A stretch of DNA of 64,000 bases from Azolla caroliniana (taxonomy: Eukaryota > Plantae > Polypodiophyta): positions 1,426,001-1,490,000 of the forward strand of contig JBHGNT010000015.1 of the NCBI GenBank assembly GCA_043228905.1, written 5' to 3'. Position 1 is the stretch's first letter; the number at the start of each line of letters is the position of its first letter. The notes under the pieces are model-generated. The model made no database searches. It saw only the letters and a program-made list of their open reading frames with translations, and was not told the DNA's origin. Shown here in pieces: positions 1-13,999 of the stretch. Both the position numbers and the translations under genes were made by a program.

Positions 1-1372
1 ACCACAAAAAGAGACTGCCCTCAAACCCCAATCATAGGCACCATGTCATATCCAACCGTGTGATGAGTATGATACCAATGCAATCCAACTACCTAATGGT
101 TGTACCCATGACATCATCATAGAAAGCAGCAATGAAGGAAGCAAGCACAGACACTTGTCTACCTAACAACTTACTCTACAAGCAAAAATGATTGAGCGCA
201 CCATCTATTGCCAATATTGGCAATCACGTCGTTTTAGAACATTTTCTTTTCTTTTTGGGGTGGTGTTTGTCCATACATTGCAAGTTGTCAATTGGGCATA
301 CCAAGTGTTAGTTAGCCAACATGTTAGGTTTAATTATTGGAACGGAAAGAAAGAGACGGTTTTGGGTACTAATAAAAGCAATTTCTGATGGACATTAAGT
401 CCTACTATTAGAATATGGTTAGTGGTTAAGCTCACTTAAGAGCCACATACAAATTTCATGGAGACATGATCCCTCCTCCGTTACCCTTCACTTTTAACAC
501 CATTTTGTAAATTGATTGGGGACTAGTGTAAGGAGATCTAACTAGAAGACATATTCAAGTGTGATCTTTTGAATCTCAATTTGTTTTGCACTTCTAGTTT
601 TATTTCAATGTCACCTTTATTATTGAAGATGATCATATTGGTATAAGATGAAAAAACATCATGTTATTGATGGAGCACTTTGACATGAAGATGTTCATAT
701 TAGTATAAGATGAAAAAAACTCACAATCATGATATGCAACAAACACAGTTTTCTTGCAAAGCCAAGTCATTGAAGGATATATTGTGTACCAGCCACAATT
801 TAGGTTCAGACAAGGAAACTATCAATTGGGAGTATTAATTATCTTTCAAGGATAGTGCATTTGTCTTTATTAGAACCCATGCCACATATAACTCAAAGAT
901 GCTTAACCTTTTCCTAGATCTTCATATTAAAGCGTGTGAATAAGTTTTAGATATGAATCAACCCATACCATATGCTAAATTATCAAGCACAATCAATTGC
1001 ATATAAACTATGACATATGTAGAGCATATCTATATTTTGCACCATCATTAAACAACTTGAATAAAATAGTTTCGACATTATTTACAGTCCATGATGGTCC
1101 ATCAATAATTGGTTTAATAGAGCCATCGAGCGCACAGCGCAAGAGAGCATCTCAGCGAGTATTTTACCATGCATCCGTGGAATACAAAGTTGACCCTACC
1201 AGAGCCCCAACTCTGGAAGCTTTACAGTATTTTTTTCTCCAAAAAACCACACTCTTAAACAATATGATCAAAATGTATAATCCATGTGTGCTACCTCACA
1301 TATTTGTGTTTCTAACCGAGATTTGCATGGTTTTGTTCAGTGTTTCCATAGCAAGCATTATTTCCCATTTAG

Positions 1373-4300
1373 TTACATTCCATGAAACCCCGAAAAGGCC
1401 CAAGGATAAGGTCCTTCTACAGGTTGTTCACTATACCCCGTCGATGAAGTGGGCCTAGGCCTTGGAAACAAACCCACATTAGCAAACTGTCCTTCGGTTT
1501 GGTAAGCATTTGTTGATGGGTTAGGAACAACCACTCTTTGATTATGGTGGCTGTTTACATGTGGAATCCATGCCCACCATTGACTAGAAGAAGGTTGAGA
1601 TGCATAGATTCTAGCTGCTGTCCATGGATCAACTTGATTCTCAACTGTCACCCCCCATGTCACTCCATCAGGTCCACCTGCTGTTTGGCCAGAACCAACA
1701 ATATTGCTTGCTTCTGATGAAGACCAACTGCCACCATCTGTAGAAGGAACTTGCATACTTCTATGAGAACCTACATTCATTTCATTTTGTCCTGTCCACG
1801 CACTTCCCATGTATCCATTTTGGACTGCATTCATTGGATGAGGATTATGTAAATGTACAGGCACCTGGCCAAACACATGTCCACCATTACTCTGACTTGC
1901 CCTGTTATAAGTCAAAAGAAAAAACAATGTCATTCAACTTTCATGTTCACACTTTTCCTTTCAAACTCTGTAGGAAGCAATGCATGTATATTTTACTTCG
2001 CATTGTGAAAAGAATGAAATAACATCATTTTGTAGCATTTTGAATTTAAACCTCTTACCCAGCATGAAGAGATTGGGGATTCTGCACTAAGAATCCGAAA
2101 TTATGTTGTCGGTGACTATTGGGCTGTGGAAAACTCCCATTACTGGAGTTATGTGATGTTCCCTCATATGGCATTGAAAGCATATTGCTATAAGATGAGG
2201 AAGTTTGAGTTGCTGCAATATTTCTATTTGTAGCATGAAAAGCCCCACCTCGTCTTGATGATGATCTACTACTAGTGCGATTGTTACCAACATGCAAGCC
2301 TAAGAAATCTTCCACATGAGGGGATGGAACCCCAACAGATAGACCATGAACAGCAAGATAGGGGCATACTCTCAATCCCCCTCTCATATTCCCAACCGGC
2401 TCTGCATCTGCATTTGTCCTCAAAAGAAATAGAATAAGAACAAGCGAAAAGGACACCACTCAGAATTTGTATCAGTGATAGAAATACATTTCGTAAGAAT
2501 GATACTTACAGCCATTACTAAGATTGTCCAGCTCTCTGGAAAAAAAAATCAGAGGAAAAAATGGATCGATTTCTTCAGTTTTCCTCACAGAACGAAAAAT
2601 CATGACAAACACCCAAAAGAACATGATGCTTACTCAAAGGTAAATGAGAAATGAGATCCCTGATGAGGACACCAAGGTGTATGTGAAAATTGCTGCAATC
2701 ACATAATGAAATATATGAGATATTTTTGTGGTTCATAAAGTAAATACGCTGTTATCTTGATTTGGAAGTCCCAGATGTACAGGTCTAAGTACTGGCTCTA
2801 TTTTATTTCAAGGGCACAAAGCTAGGAATGACAGTATTTTTACATGACTAAATCATTAAAATAATAGATTATACGACAATATCAGCGAAGCAAGGCAATA
2901 GGTCACATAGTGGGTACAACAGAGGATCACATATTGTAGATAGCTAGGTCTAGAACACCAACTCTACTCAACTTTGAAGTCCTGCTGCACATGTTTATAC
3001 GTGTATTGACTTATCAAGAGGTTCAAAACTCAATAATTCCTCAATTCCACAAGCCCTAGTACCTAAATATTAGGAAAACTATCTATACTGTCTTTACAAC
3101 TCGGAAACCAAACTAGGCAACTATACAGCAACATGAAAGCATCTTTAGTTTTGGTCCTACCAAATTAGCAGCTCCAGTATAGATCTCCTCCTCATCCATG
3201 GTAAAATCATCCACAAAATCCTCGTGTAAAAAGCATCCATTTGCATATAACCACTGTCCTTGTTCCACATGGCGACAATTTGGACACTGCATCCTACCTT
3301 TTGCATTGAATGCAGATCCAATGCAGTCTGGAGTTAAGCCATAGAAATTATTAGACATGAAGCACAGAATATGAAAATCTATGCCAAAATCGAATAATAT
3401 TAATTAAGAGGGTTACAGATCTAATGTTTAACTTCTTCACACACTATTTTCATGAAATTGAAGGCATCATTTTCAAAATTTTGAACATATTCAAAAGAAT
3501 AAATTCTGTGTACGAGCTAGCATAGCAGCAAAGCAAAAAATTAACAGGGAACCCTGTCTGACTCATAATGGGTATAATATCATAAAGCAGGTAACACGTC
3601 ACAAAAGCAAAAAATCATGAAACAAGAAGGCAGGGGGAATAGTACAGACAGACTCACATTAAGCCATTCCAGTGATATGTGGAATGATTGGACTCCAGAA
3701 ACTCAGAATGTGTAAAAAAGGGAGTACGCCAACGTACAAGGCCTCTCTCATCCTTATCCTATCTGAAACCCCCTGCTGTCTATCCCATCTAGAGCCTCTG
3801 CCCCCATCCATGTGAGGCAAGGTAGGCATATTTATCATAGACCAATTCACAGTCATCTTTATGGCTGGACATCAGACATCCCAATTGTGATGCTATCCCA
3901 TGGGTCATCATAAATATGTTGGCAAGTGAATCCCATCCTATCTTATGATCAATCATCTGCAGTTGGCTGCTACTACTACTACAACTACTATACATGCCAA
4001 TAGATAGGAAAAGCTCCAATGTACATCCTCAAAGTTCTCAATGCAATCTGTCAAGCTAGCTACTCATGTCATACCAATCTGAAAGCTTGCTGCCAGACGT
4101 CATACACTAGAGCAGAAATGTTCAGAATGAAACGTCGGTATGGTTCTTTACTAGAACAAGACATTGTTATCATGTAGTATTCAAAGCGCATGTGCTAAAC
4201 CACATGAGAGAGAAACTATGCAAACCAAAGAAAGAGGGGGCAATTGTGTGTACACAATTGTATGTTCACCAGGTATCCAGAACAAAACCAAATGACAAAG

Positions 4301-5898
4301 TTGATAGGTAAGGACATATAATAACTCATGGGACTGTAAAGTGATGGGTAAAGAAGGACAAGGCAGTCAGGCGGTTTAGGGGTGGGTGCTCTAAAGCTAG
4401 AAAATCATATACCACCCGATATGTCACCAGGGCATACAAGTATGAATTGCATATCCAGTGAGCCCATATACGATGATGTTCGACATAGGTGGATGTGGTG
4501 CAAAGAGACACTCTGTTACGGACCCATGTGCAATGCATCTGCATGCATAACGTTCCTCCCTCTCTATGCATGTGCTACATAATCTTTCAATCCATTCTGC
4601 TCTTGTGATGTTTGCTGAATGCACTGATCTCAATCTCAATCTCAATTTCAACTGCTGGATGCTTGCGAATGCACGGATGCTTGCTGAATGCATTGATGCT
4701 TGATATGCATGTATGTACCTATATATCCTGGTCTTTGTATGAACCCGATCCAGCATCTGCTGTGCATAGATACTTATCCCTGTAGAACACAATCTTCTAC
4801 ACAAGAGGCTAACGATGTCGGATCCACACCTTCCTGATGTAGATCCATTGTTGTGGAATACTTAGCATATAATTCGCGTTGAATATGTATGTTAAGTATT
4901 ATTCTACCTTTTTAAAATACTTAGAATTTGTATTCCACAGATAAAATATAATGAATGCATAGAATATGTGTCGAATACATTAAATACGTAGAATACTTCA
5001 GAGTATTCTAAAACAGCATTTTTTTAACAACTATGTGTAGATCTGGCGTATGAGTTGTCCAAAACAGCCATTTCTCATTTCTAGAAGAGAGAAAACTTGA
5101 AACAGACATTTCTCTCCCCAGTAACATCCATGCATGTGATTATTACTGATGCCATTCCTCTATAATGGCTTGGGTTTGCTACACTTGGATATTACAATAG
5201 TGCAAAAGCATAGAGTGATCCAAACTGACAGCATTAAGCCAGATATATTGAAAAAACATTGGATCAACCACATTAGAAGGCCCTATGCTGCAACAATCGT
5301 CCAATGGAGAATTCCATATAGCTCAGAGAAATCAAATAGTTTGGCCTAAACATCTCGTGGATCCTACAGCTGATTTGTAAATTTAAGCATTTTTTTTTAG
5401 ACGAATTGAAAAACTTAACAGAATGTCATTAATTTGGCATCAAGGGAAACACTGAGAATAAAACGGATGTCCAAGGGAGAATCCAAATCCAAATCAATCA
5501 AAAAAGGCAGCAAATTTTCGAGTAAAAAAGCATCAAGATCAAATGAGAAAAGCCACAAATTAATTTGAGCAAAGAAAGCATAAACAGTATTGAAATTTGA
5601 GCAATTAAGAAGAAATTTAGGCGATTTTTCTGAACAATCTGAGGATGACGCCAAAAACATAATAAAAATGGTTGAGAAAAACATCAGATTCATGCAAATT
5701 GACGCAATTAAGAATCACAAACAGGGTGATTTGTCCTGAGATCGAACCCTTACCTAGATGGAAAAAATGGCCACATTTCAGCTTAGCAATGGATCGATCA
5801 CCTCCATCTTCAGAAACGCCTTCCAAGCAAACAGAACAAGGAACAGAGCCTTGGACTTTAGAGGAATCTGAAGCGTTCAAAGGCTCTGCTGGATCCAT
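1373..5898 (-). CDS. RING-H2 E3 ubiquitin ligase, RFI2/IPI1-like; 6 exons: 5898-5754, 3327-3161, 2692-2634, 2535-2510, 2407-2059, 1901-1373 (424 aa)
   Basis: All introns are GT-AG with matching phases and the exons total 1275 nt in frame. The spliced N-terminus CSVC..KCGHFFHL|DCIGSAFNAKGRMQCPNCR..GQWLYANG is the RING-H2 signature of this family; the WCP and CPY motifs follow in later exons. Confidence 0.9.
4846..5035. mobile_element. hAT-type MITE (190 bp) in intron 1 of the RING gene
   Basis: Perfect 8-bp TSD TGTAGATC (4838-4845 and 5036-5043); imperfect TIRs CATTGTTGTG / CATAGTTGTT; internal GAATAC/GTATTC repeats. Confidence 0.8.
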
Positions 5899-6191
5899 GG
5901 AAATCAGGCTAGATCAACGGTGGGGGATCATGCGACGGGAACAAAAAGGCAACACGGCAGATGAAGGCAATGGAATGGATCTCTTTTTCTTCATATAAGG
6001 TTTGAAAGAAGGCGGAGTAGATCGACAGGCGAAGGAACCCCCAACAAGAAGAAGAAGAAAAGAATTCCCTTGTAGGGTTAGCTGCAGAGGGGATTATTCT
6101 GCACAGAGGGAGAAGCGAGATATGAAGATGAAGATGAAGATGCGGATGATGGATGAAGAAAAGGCAAATGGGTGATGGTGATGTGGTCAGA

Positions 6192-6192
6192 C

Positions 6193-6230
<38 letters not shown>
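6192..6230. repeat. (GA)n microsatellite upstream of the RING gene start codon
   Basis: Run of GA repeats seen directly. Confidence 0.9.
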
Positions 6231-6231
<1 letters not shown>

Positions 6232-6348
6232 CTGTTTCCCCTGTTTCCCCTGCTTTTGTCATGAATGAACAAATGCTTTCAGACGTTACATCATAAAATT
6301 GCTTCAAAGCAAACCCATGGCATGCATGATGGACACCATCCATCTATA

Positions 6349-6912
6349 TACATACATACATACATACATACATACATACATACATACACACATACATACA
6401 CACATACATACATACATACATACATACTTCATACTTGCATACATACATACAAACATACTTCATACTTGCATGCATACATACACACATACATACACACATA
6501 CATACATACATACATACATACTTCATACTTGCATACATACATACAAACATACTTCATACTTGCATGCATACATACATACATACTTCATACTTGCATACAT
6601 ACATACATACATACATACATACATACATACACACATACATACACACATACATACATACATACTTCATACTTGCATACATACATACAAACATACTTCATAC
6701 TTGCATGCATACATACATACATACTTCATACTTGCATACATACATACATACATACATACACACATACATACACACATACATACATACATACTTCATACTT
6801 GCATACATACATACAAACATACTTCATACTTGCATGCATACATACATACATACTTCATACTTGCATACATACATACATACTTGGCTTGCTTGCTTACATA
6901 CATGCATGCATG
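6349..6912. repeat. Compound (TACA)n microsatellite with higher-order units
   Basis: TACA runs are interleaved with a recurring CATACTTCATACTTGCA motif and CAAA/CACA variants; this explains the spurious HTYI ORFs. Confidence 0.95.
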
Positions 6913-7104
6913 CATATACATTCATATGTATGTGTTTTGTAGGTAGTTACAACAATACAAAACAAACCATGTGATTTCTCCTCCATGGGATGTCTGGACT
7001 CTCGTCTACTCATTTTGCCCCCGTCGGCACCCACGCTCCTCTTCGAGGTTCAGAGTCGTGTCTTGTTTGTATGTTCATACCCCCGTTCGCGCTCATGTCC
7101 ATGT

Positions 7105-7430
7105 TCAAGTATGTATCAAGCGAGGGCACAATCTTGATTTCTTCCTTCATGTTCATGCGTGTGTTCGTGTTCGTGTTCATGTTCATGTTTGTGTTTGTGT
7201 TTGTGTTTGTGTATGTGATTGTGATTGTGATTGTGTTCCTAATCCTGATCCTAATCCTATTTAGGTTCATGTTCAAGCTTGGGTTCAGTTATGTATCAAA
7301 CTAAGCCACAATCTTGATTTCTTATGTGTTCATGTTTGTGGGCATGGGCATGGGCATGCCAATGTTTGTGTTTGTGTATGTGTCCAAGTTCAGTATGTAT
7401 CAACCTAGGGCACAATCTTGATTTCTTACT
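7105..7430. repeat. Degenerate direct repeats (GTATCAA..CACAATCTTGATTTCTT, three copies) separated by hexamer microsatellites
   Basis: Motif recurs near 7126, 7307 and 7409, with GTGTTT/GTGATT/GGGCAT runs between. Confidence 0.75.
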
Positions 7431-7685
7431 TTACATATTATGAATGTCAAGCCAAGCCACATATTAACATAACCAGCCTAAACACAATCCAAAGTTTCCC
7501 TTAAGTATGATCGTTTTATGGTAATAAAACTCTCGTCATCATATGAAACAATATTGTTGCATCATATTGAAGACTATATGTTTGGCATATGTCATATTAT
7601 CACATCCTAATGGGATTTGACATACAAATATCGACATGCTCTTACATTTTGGTGTCACATGAATCACAACACGACACATGATTAC

Positions 7686-8270
7686 TATTGAGAATTGATC
7701 GGCCACAACCGGTTGTTTGTTTATGTATTCGAGTGCAAAGAATCGAGATTGATAACGTACAGATAGAAAATAGAATATTCAAAGAGATAGAGACACAAGA
7801 TCTTTTACGTGGAAACCCAAAAGGGAAAAACCAAGGCGTTCCACAAACCCCGAACTAGATCACTATAAGGGAAGGAGTACAACGAGAAGCTCCAAGGCAG
7901 CAACCTTGAGCTCTCCTTCGTCAGTCAGACAGCGGCCGAGTTGCTACTCTCACTCTCACACACACACTCTCTCTCTTACACAGTTACAGGGGCAACGACC
8001 TTCAGAATCTGTGTAACTATACAACAATAATGAACTACTACTTTGATTCCACACACAACTAAAGTTTGCCCTAGTTGTACTTATACATATACAACTTTCT
8101 GGCTATTTACAGATATTGCCCACATGGGCACATTCAGACTATTTATGTGGTCTCCTCAAATCAGTCATAATCAATATTTGATTTTGATTTCCGATTTCGG
8201 TTTCGCCCACGTACTCAACCCAATTCGGTTTGTACTCTCCTTCCCATCCAGAGGGACCTGTTTCCCAACA
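7686..8270 (-). mobile_element. Solo LTR related to the Tto1/Tork-like copia at 50003-55345
   Basis: Shares ordered motifs with the 50003 LTR (GGCCACAACC, ACGTGGAAA, GGGAAAAACCA, GTTTGCCCTA, GGCTATTTACA, CCCATCC..GGGACC..CCCAACA). Termini TATTGAGAA / TTCCCAACA are near-inverted; flanks ATTAC/CTTAC are a 5-bp TSD with one mismatch. Confidence 0.75.
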
Positions 8271-8329
8271 CTTACATGTGCCATAATTCTTGCTTTCCAT
8301 CTCATTAGGTTTTCTTGATCAATATGACT

Positions 8330-10800
8330 CCCTAAAATGTACGAATTCTTTGTAACATAAGATGAAACCCCAAAGGAGCACGAACAAAGAAGGCAAGTCT
8401 ATGCAACCAAAAAAATGAACTCAAAATCCATAGCAAGTGATAACCACAAGACTATCTCAAGTTTGAAAATCCCGTTCAAGAATTTGTTATTGCAAAGCTA
8501 ACCTATATGCAAATCAGGTTGACAATCATGCCATGAATCGCTCCTTAGTAAAGATATGAAAAGAAATTGGGAGCAATTGAAGGATGTCCTTCTCAAGGTA
8601 ATATCATGTTTCAATGCACATGTAGGTTGACACCAAATACTTAACATCCCATTGAATGCTTTGTTTGATGAATAATGCAACGATCGTCTGAAATTGTCCA
8701 AACTCACACAGAATAAAAATGAACAAAATCCTAACATTGTATCAATATCAAAAAATGGCGAGGAGAAGGAAAATAATTAGAAAAAAAAACACAAATCTAG
8801 AATATAAATGGAACACAGACACCCAAAGCTAGAATGGAGACAACTCAGGGGCAAAAAGGAAGATATAATTGGCAAATTCATTGATGAAGAGACAGAACAA
8901 CATGTACGTAGGTTTTATATGCACAATGGGATAATGCCTATAACATTGAGTATAGAAACACTATATAATGCATTTGGGTCTCAAAGCACCGAATGTAATT
9001 TTTATGACAAGTGAGCTCTTGAAATGGAAAGACCACAAACTTGTCAATGGATGACAATTATCATAGATCAAGCTATCAAACAAGGGTTTTCAATAGACTG
9101 ACTCGTGAATTGGATTAAAATAGTCCATAATGGAGGATAAAAAATAAGTATCTAAGTATCAAACCATCATGGGTTTATAATGGCTAAGTTATATCACACT
9201 ATCGTGGAACAAAAGATTAACTCATGTGTTGAACATTGTCACAAATAAGCACTTGGTCAAGCTAGTAGGTTTAGGCAAAATGTTCCATTGTTAATCTTTT
9301 AGTTATAGTAAGCGTAATTATATAAGAAAGTTTACTTCAAGGGGAAACACTATATTGTTGTTTTGTGAACTTCAAGAAAGCCTTTGACACTATGCCAAGT
9401 AGTGAGTTTTGGAAAAGAATTGTTACGGGCATGACCATACTTTATCCACGTGTATAGAATACTACAGTAAATTCTCACCACGAGATATTATATGGTCATG
9501 CCCGTGAGAATTTACCTTAGTATTCTATATACGTGGATAAAGTGTGAGGGTTAAACGAGAGTATAAAGAAGGGTGCCAATCCACCCGACCACCCCCGAGA
9601 TATTATATGGTCATGCCCGTAACAAGAATGATAAGCCATTAGAATATAGAGAAATTGTAGCACAATTATGGTCAAGTTAGATGCCAATTGAAAATGGATA
9701 TGTAGTGGTTTCTTAAAGTTCTAACTTCTAATTGAGAAACATGGGGAGTCAAGCAAGGGTGTCCACACTCTTTGCTCTGTGCATTGATAAATTAGAAGAA
9801 ATAGTAAACAAAATTGCAAAAGAAGAGTGATTAGATGGCCCAAACTCACATAAGAGCTTATCTTTATATTCTTATATGTCAATGATGTTGAGTCATTCTC
9901 ATTTACTTTGGGTGATATGCAAACCTTACTTGGTGTATTGGAAACATTCTATTAAATACACAAGTCTAAACTATCAACATAGACAAAACAAAAATGATGG
10001 CAATAAAGCAAATCCAACGGAGACAATGCCCCACTTTTACATACATTGACAAATACATGGAATGTATGCTATGAGTCTAGACTTCAAGTTGGTTGGAATA
10101 GTTATTATATGTTTGAGAATCAATGCAACCAAAGCGATACTTAGGATGTGAAGTGAGATTGACATTATTCAATGTTATGGTGGTCTTAAGTGTTTCCTAT
10201 ATGGAATGGAAGTGTGGGTGGCATTATCTCCCTTAATGCATAGGATGAATAGAGAAATATCAAAATTTGTTCTTATGTAGACAATTGGGAGTTCAATCCT
10301 TAACATCCTATTTGATCATGCTCTTAGAAACAAGTGCTTGGCGCATAGAGTTGTTCGTTATGCAAAGAGCATACAAGTATATCATAAAGTCAAGAATATA
10401 CCTAATCAAAAATTGCCAAAATAAGCTTGGAATGTAGGATGTAAACTTCAAAGCACAAAAACCTCTTATCTATCTTGATGTTTGGCATTATGAAATGGTT
10501 AAAAGGATGGGGAGAAAGAGATCTATTGGAGCTCTCAAGTGATGCTATGAAGTATGTGATAATCAAGAATAGATTACTCGAGGCACTAAGGATGAAGTGG
10601 CAAGATGCTAAAATATCAAAATTGGAACATTACATTGCAAATGTTAACCCTTAATGTTGGGTCCGAAATACCAAAACGTAACCAACCACATTTTACTACC
10701 CCATGAGCCTTGGATCCCGAAAAGCATTAACACTTCTTCAAACTCGCTTAGGGTTGAGGTGGCATCATCATCATCCAAGTATGAAGATATGCAATGGAAA
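8330..10800 (+). mobile_element. Highly decayed non-LTR retrotransposon (LINE) RT region; boundaries approximate
   Basis: Broken RT motifs in order: LYCCFVNFKKAFDT (about 9349-9391), GVKQGCP (about 9745-9765), LYVNDV replacing LYADD (about 9872-9889). Confidence 0.75.
9421..9624. mobile_element. 204-bp LTR-derived miniature element with 19-bp terminal inverted repeats
   Basis: TGTTACGGGCATGACCATA ... TATGGTCATGCCCGTAACA, TSD AGAAT (9416-9420 and 9625-9629); the interior is made of fragments of the 28247-28711 LTR family. Confidence 0.9.
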
Positions 10801-13800
10801 TCTAGTGAAGGTTGAATATTGCATGCTCAACATATAAGGTAATTTGTGACCAAGTATGAAGACTTGTTACATGAGCATGATAATTTAGGTGTTGTACCCA
10901 AAAATCCACAAAGAAGGGTGACCACATATGTACGTGCATTATTTTTGCATAGAGATTGTTTGCTGCGAAGTAATAATCCCGTCTTCTTAGGAAAGAGTCA
11001 CATACAAGATGATATTTTGATTTGGTCCCATGGGTCAAATTTTGCCTCTTCGTGGATGCTATTCTATTCTATTCTACTCTATTACCATTGAAAAAACACA
11101 ATGTTAAATGGTTGTGTGTCCCCCTACTCATTTGGTCATCAACCATCATCTCATCGAATAATTACTTTGTGATCTTTCGTCAAGATTTTGAGGGTTGTGT
11201 CTCGTGGCTATATGAGTTATGTTTATGGGCATCCATGTTTGAATATCATACCATAGGTTAATTCTTGTACAACTTCATCAATGGTCAAAAGTATAGCCAA
11301 CCCTTAATATCTCATTAACGCCCATGGACCATCGTCTTTACATAATGAAGATCCATGCCTCATCTAATGTGGTCTTTCCATATCTGAATTATATCTTCTT
11401 AACATTAGACTCCATCTTTCGCTATCATATACCAAATTTACATTATTTGGAACAACTTTGACAATGCCCAAGATTCATTGTCAACTGTTTGAGCACATGA
11501 TAGTGTCCACCTCACCTTTTCTTTTTGGATAAGCTGTAAAGTCAAAACCTCAAAAAGGCTTAGATGTTAGCATATACAATGTTTAAGGGAAGAAGGAATT
11601 TATGTCAAACAAAGGTAAAGTTAGTACAAGATCCATAGTCATTCACTAAGGAGACTGTAAGTTTTGTGATTTGCTCAATTTCTTGGATCATATGGAGAAT
11701 GTTCATCAACTTGGAGTATATCTCTAAACATTTGGGTTAATCATACAATTTTATTGCAAAAGGCATTGTTATTTGTAATTGTGAATATTGTGTATGCCAA
11801 TATTAGATCTCTAAATCTCAATAATATTTAGGGTTATTGTATCAAGTGTGCATTTGAGTTGAATTTCATATCTCTGTGTGGAACACACATTTACTTACAC
11901 AAATTCTTTACATAGATGCTACCTACTTATACACTCTCCGTTGAAAAGACAATGTGGATCATGTTACCAATGTATTTACTATCTTCACATATATGCTCAC
12001 TTGTGTGTATACAAAAATACAATAAATAATCTCACATTACATGCATGCACATGGATAACTATTGCCTTTGTTTCACGTTATGTCTATAAGTTTGTTGGAA
12101 TATATCAACATACAACAGTTGTGTAAAGATAATAGACACAGAGCATATCAATATATCTAATGGTCTAGTGTATTAACATTCGTGATCAAAAGTATTCAAA
12201 AATATTGCATGATGTATACAAGTGAATCATCAAGTTTTGCAAAGAATGTATGTATTCACTAGTTTCTGTGAACAAAATTAGAACCATATTTTTGCTTGGA
12301 TATTAATGAAAACAGTTGAAAACAGCTTGTTCATGGTTGAGGAGAAACATCATTCCACTTTCTGTTGATGTTTCCCCATTGAAAAGAAAACAAGATATAT
12401 GATATTACATGGCATGCTATAACTAAACCCATAAATATGAAGGGATACAAAGAATGTAACTGTTATAAATTCCATGGAGATAAAATGGATTTACAATATG
12501 GTTCGAAAGTGCATTGCATGTTTTGAAAAACCCTTTTACATAGGGTGAAGATTAAGAGGAAAATACGATAAGATTATGCGGGGATATCCTCGAGTTTTGG
12601 CAAGGCGAGTCTACAATTGACAGCATGACACCTTGGTTGTCGTAAGCCTCCCTCGTGCCCTTGTGATTTTCTACCACGAAGTTCAATTTCTTGTTGAAGC
12701 ATGGGCTTTCAAATCCCCGAAGCAACGAACCCCAAAATGAGCTCTTGCTCATTATATATCATCTTGGAGCTTTATTGTCAAATAGAAATAGGGTTGCTTC
12801 TTCTAGACTACACCATAATTGCCTTTTCTTTTAGCATGCAATTGATCTTATCCTTTCATGAGCATCTAATTTTGGAAAAACATACGTTTATGCTTTTATT
12901 TACTACATACTTCATTCTCATATTTTGCATAGTAGATCACCTTTCCATCTTTGTCCCCTTTAATTGTTATTGAACCCTCCACCCATTTGTTCTAGTGTTT
13001 AAGTCTTATCATTTCACAAGTTATGTTTTGATGTAGCCTTGATCTTCATATTCTCATATTTTCATTCAATGATCACTTCAACCAAAATCCCGGTCTCTTG
13101 TAAAAAGTGACATTTTAGCTTCTTTCTCCCTTCACACACAACACATCACAACAATAGCTACAAAAATCTGACAAGCAAAAAGAATATTTGAGGATGTGGA
13201 ACTACCAACATAGCGTCATACAAAAGGGGATTGGATATTGGTATGTGACGACAATTTGGACAACCAACATAGCATCATACAAAAGTTTTCAAAGCTTTTG
13301 TTTGATTCGTAAATTGTTCAAAAGGTGAATGACAATGCAACCTACCATTTATCTAAATTAGATGAAATTATAGGGAAAGAGTCAAGAAGAATGCCCAAAG
13401 ATCACTACTAATCTAGAGTCATGAAGAACAATATGAAATTGAAGAAGACGAAGCCAGAACAATTTGCCATTCACCATATCAACACATACAAATGCATAAT
13501 TGGGTTAGGATGTCGTGATGCGATTGGATCACAATGGGGAAGTCATACGTACATAGATATTTTAAGGAAGATTAAAGAAAGTATGTTCGTGTTACCAATT
13601 GGGGGACAAAGGTAAGCAAATCCTTCAATCCTTGCCTCAAGATAAGGAGCGACAAATTGATTGTTCGGGTGTTATGGATTGTAAGAAGGAGTTATCCTTG
13701 GTAATCTATGAGGAGGGTACATCAAAATAGAAGCCTCCCTCGGTTATGGAGACGATGATTCCTCAAAATAATAATGATTTCTCTTTTTCGGCAATATCCT

Positions 13801-13999
13801 TGGTTACAGGTGATACCCTTGCATTGGAAAAACCGAGATGCCATTGCGCTCACATAAATACTCGGGTAAAGATATGATGATAACTAGAGGACAATTATGA
13901 GTTGCTGAGGAAAGAAAACATAGAGAAGTAGTTTTGGTAGGAAAAAGGATAGGTTCATAATAATTAGTTTTTCATAGATGTTCTAATTCGTTTTTCCTA

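Noticed and set aside
997-1458. 153-aa plus-strand ORF
   Set aside because: Non-ATG start, no recognisable motif, antisense to the RING gene 3' end.
6265-7304. Long His/Thr/Tyr/Ile- and Val/Phe-rich ORFs
   Set aside because: Translations of stop-free microsatellites.
10800-13950. Possible genes or transposase remnants among short ORFs
   Set aside because: No recognisable motifs or consistent splice pattern; only small local duplications (for example 13203-13285).
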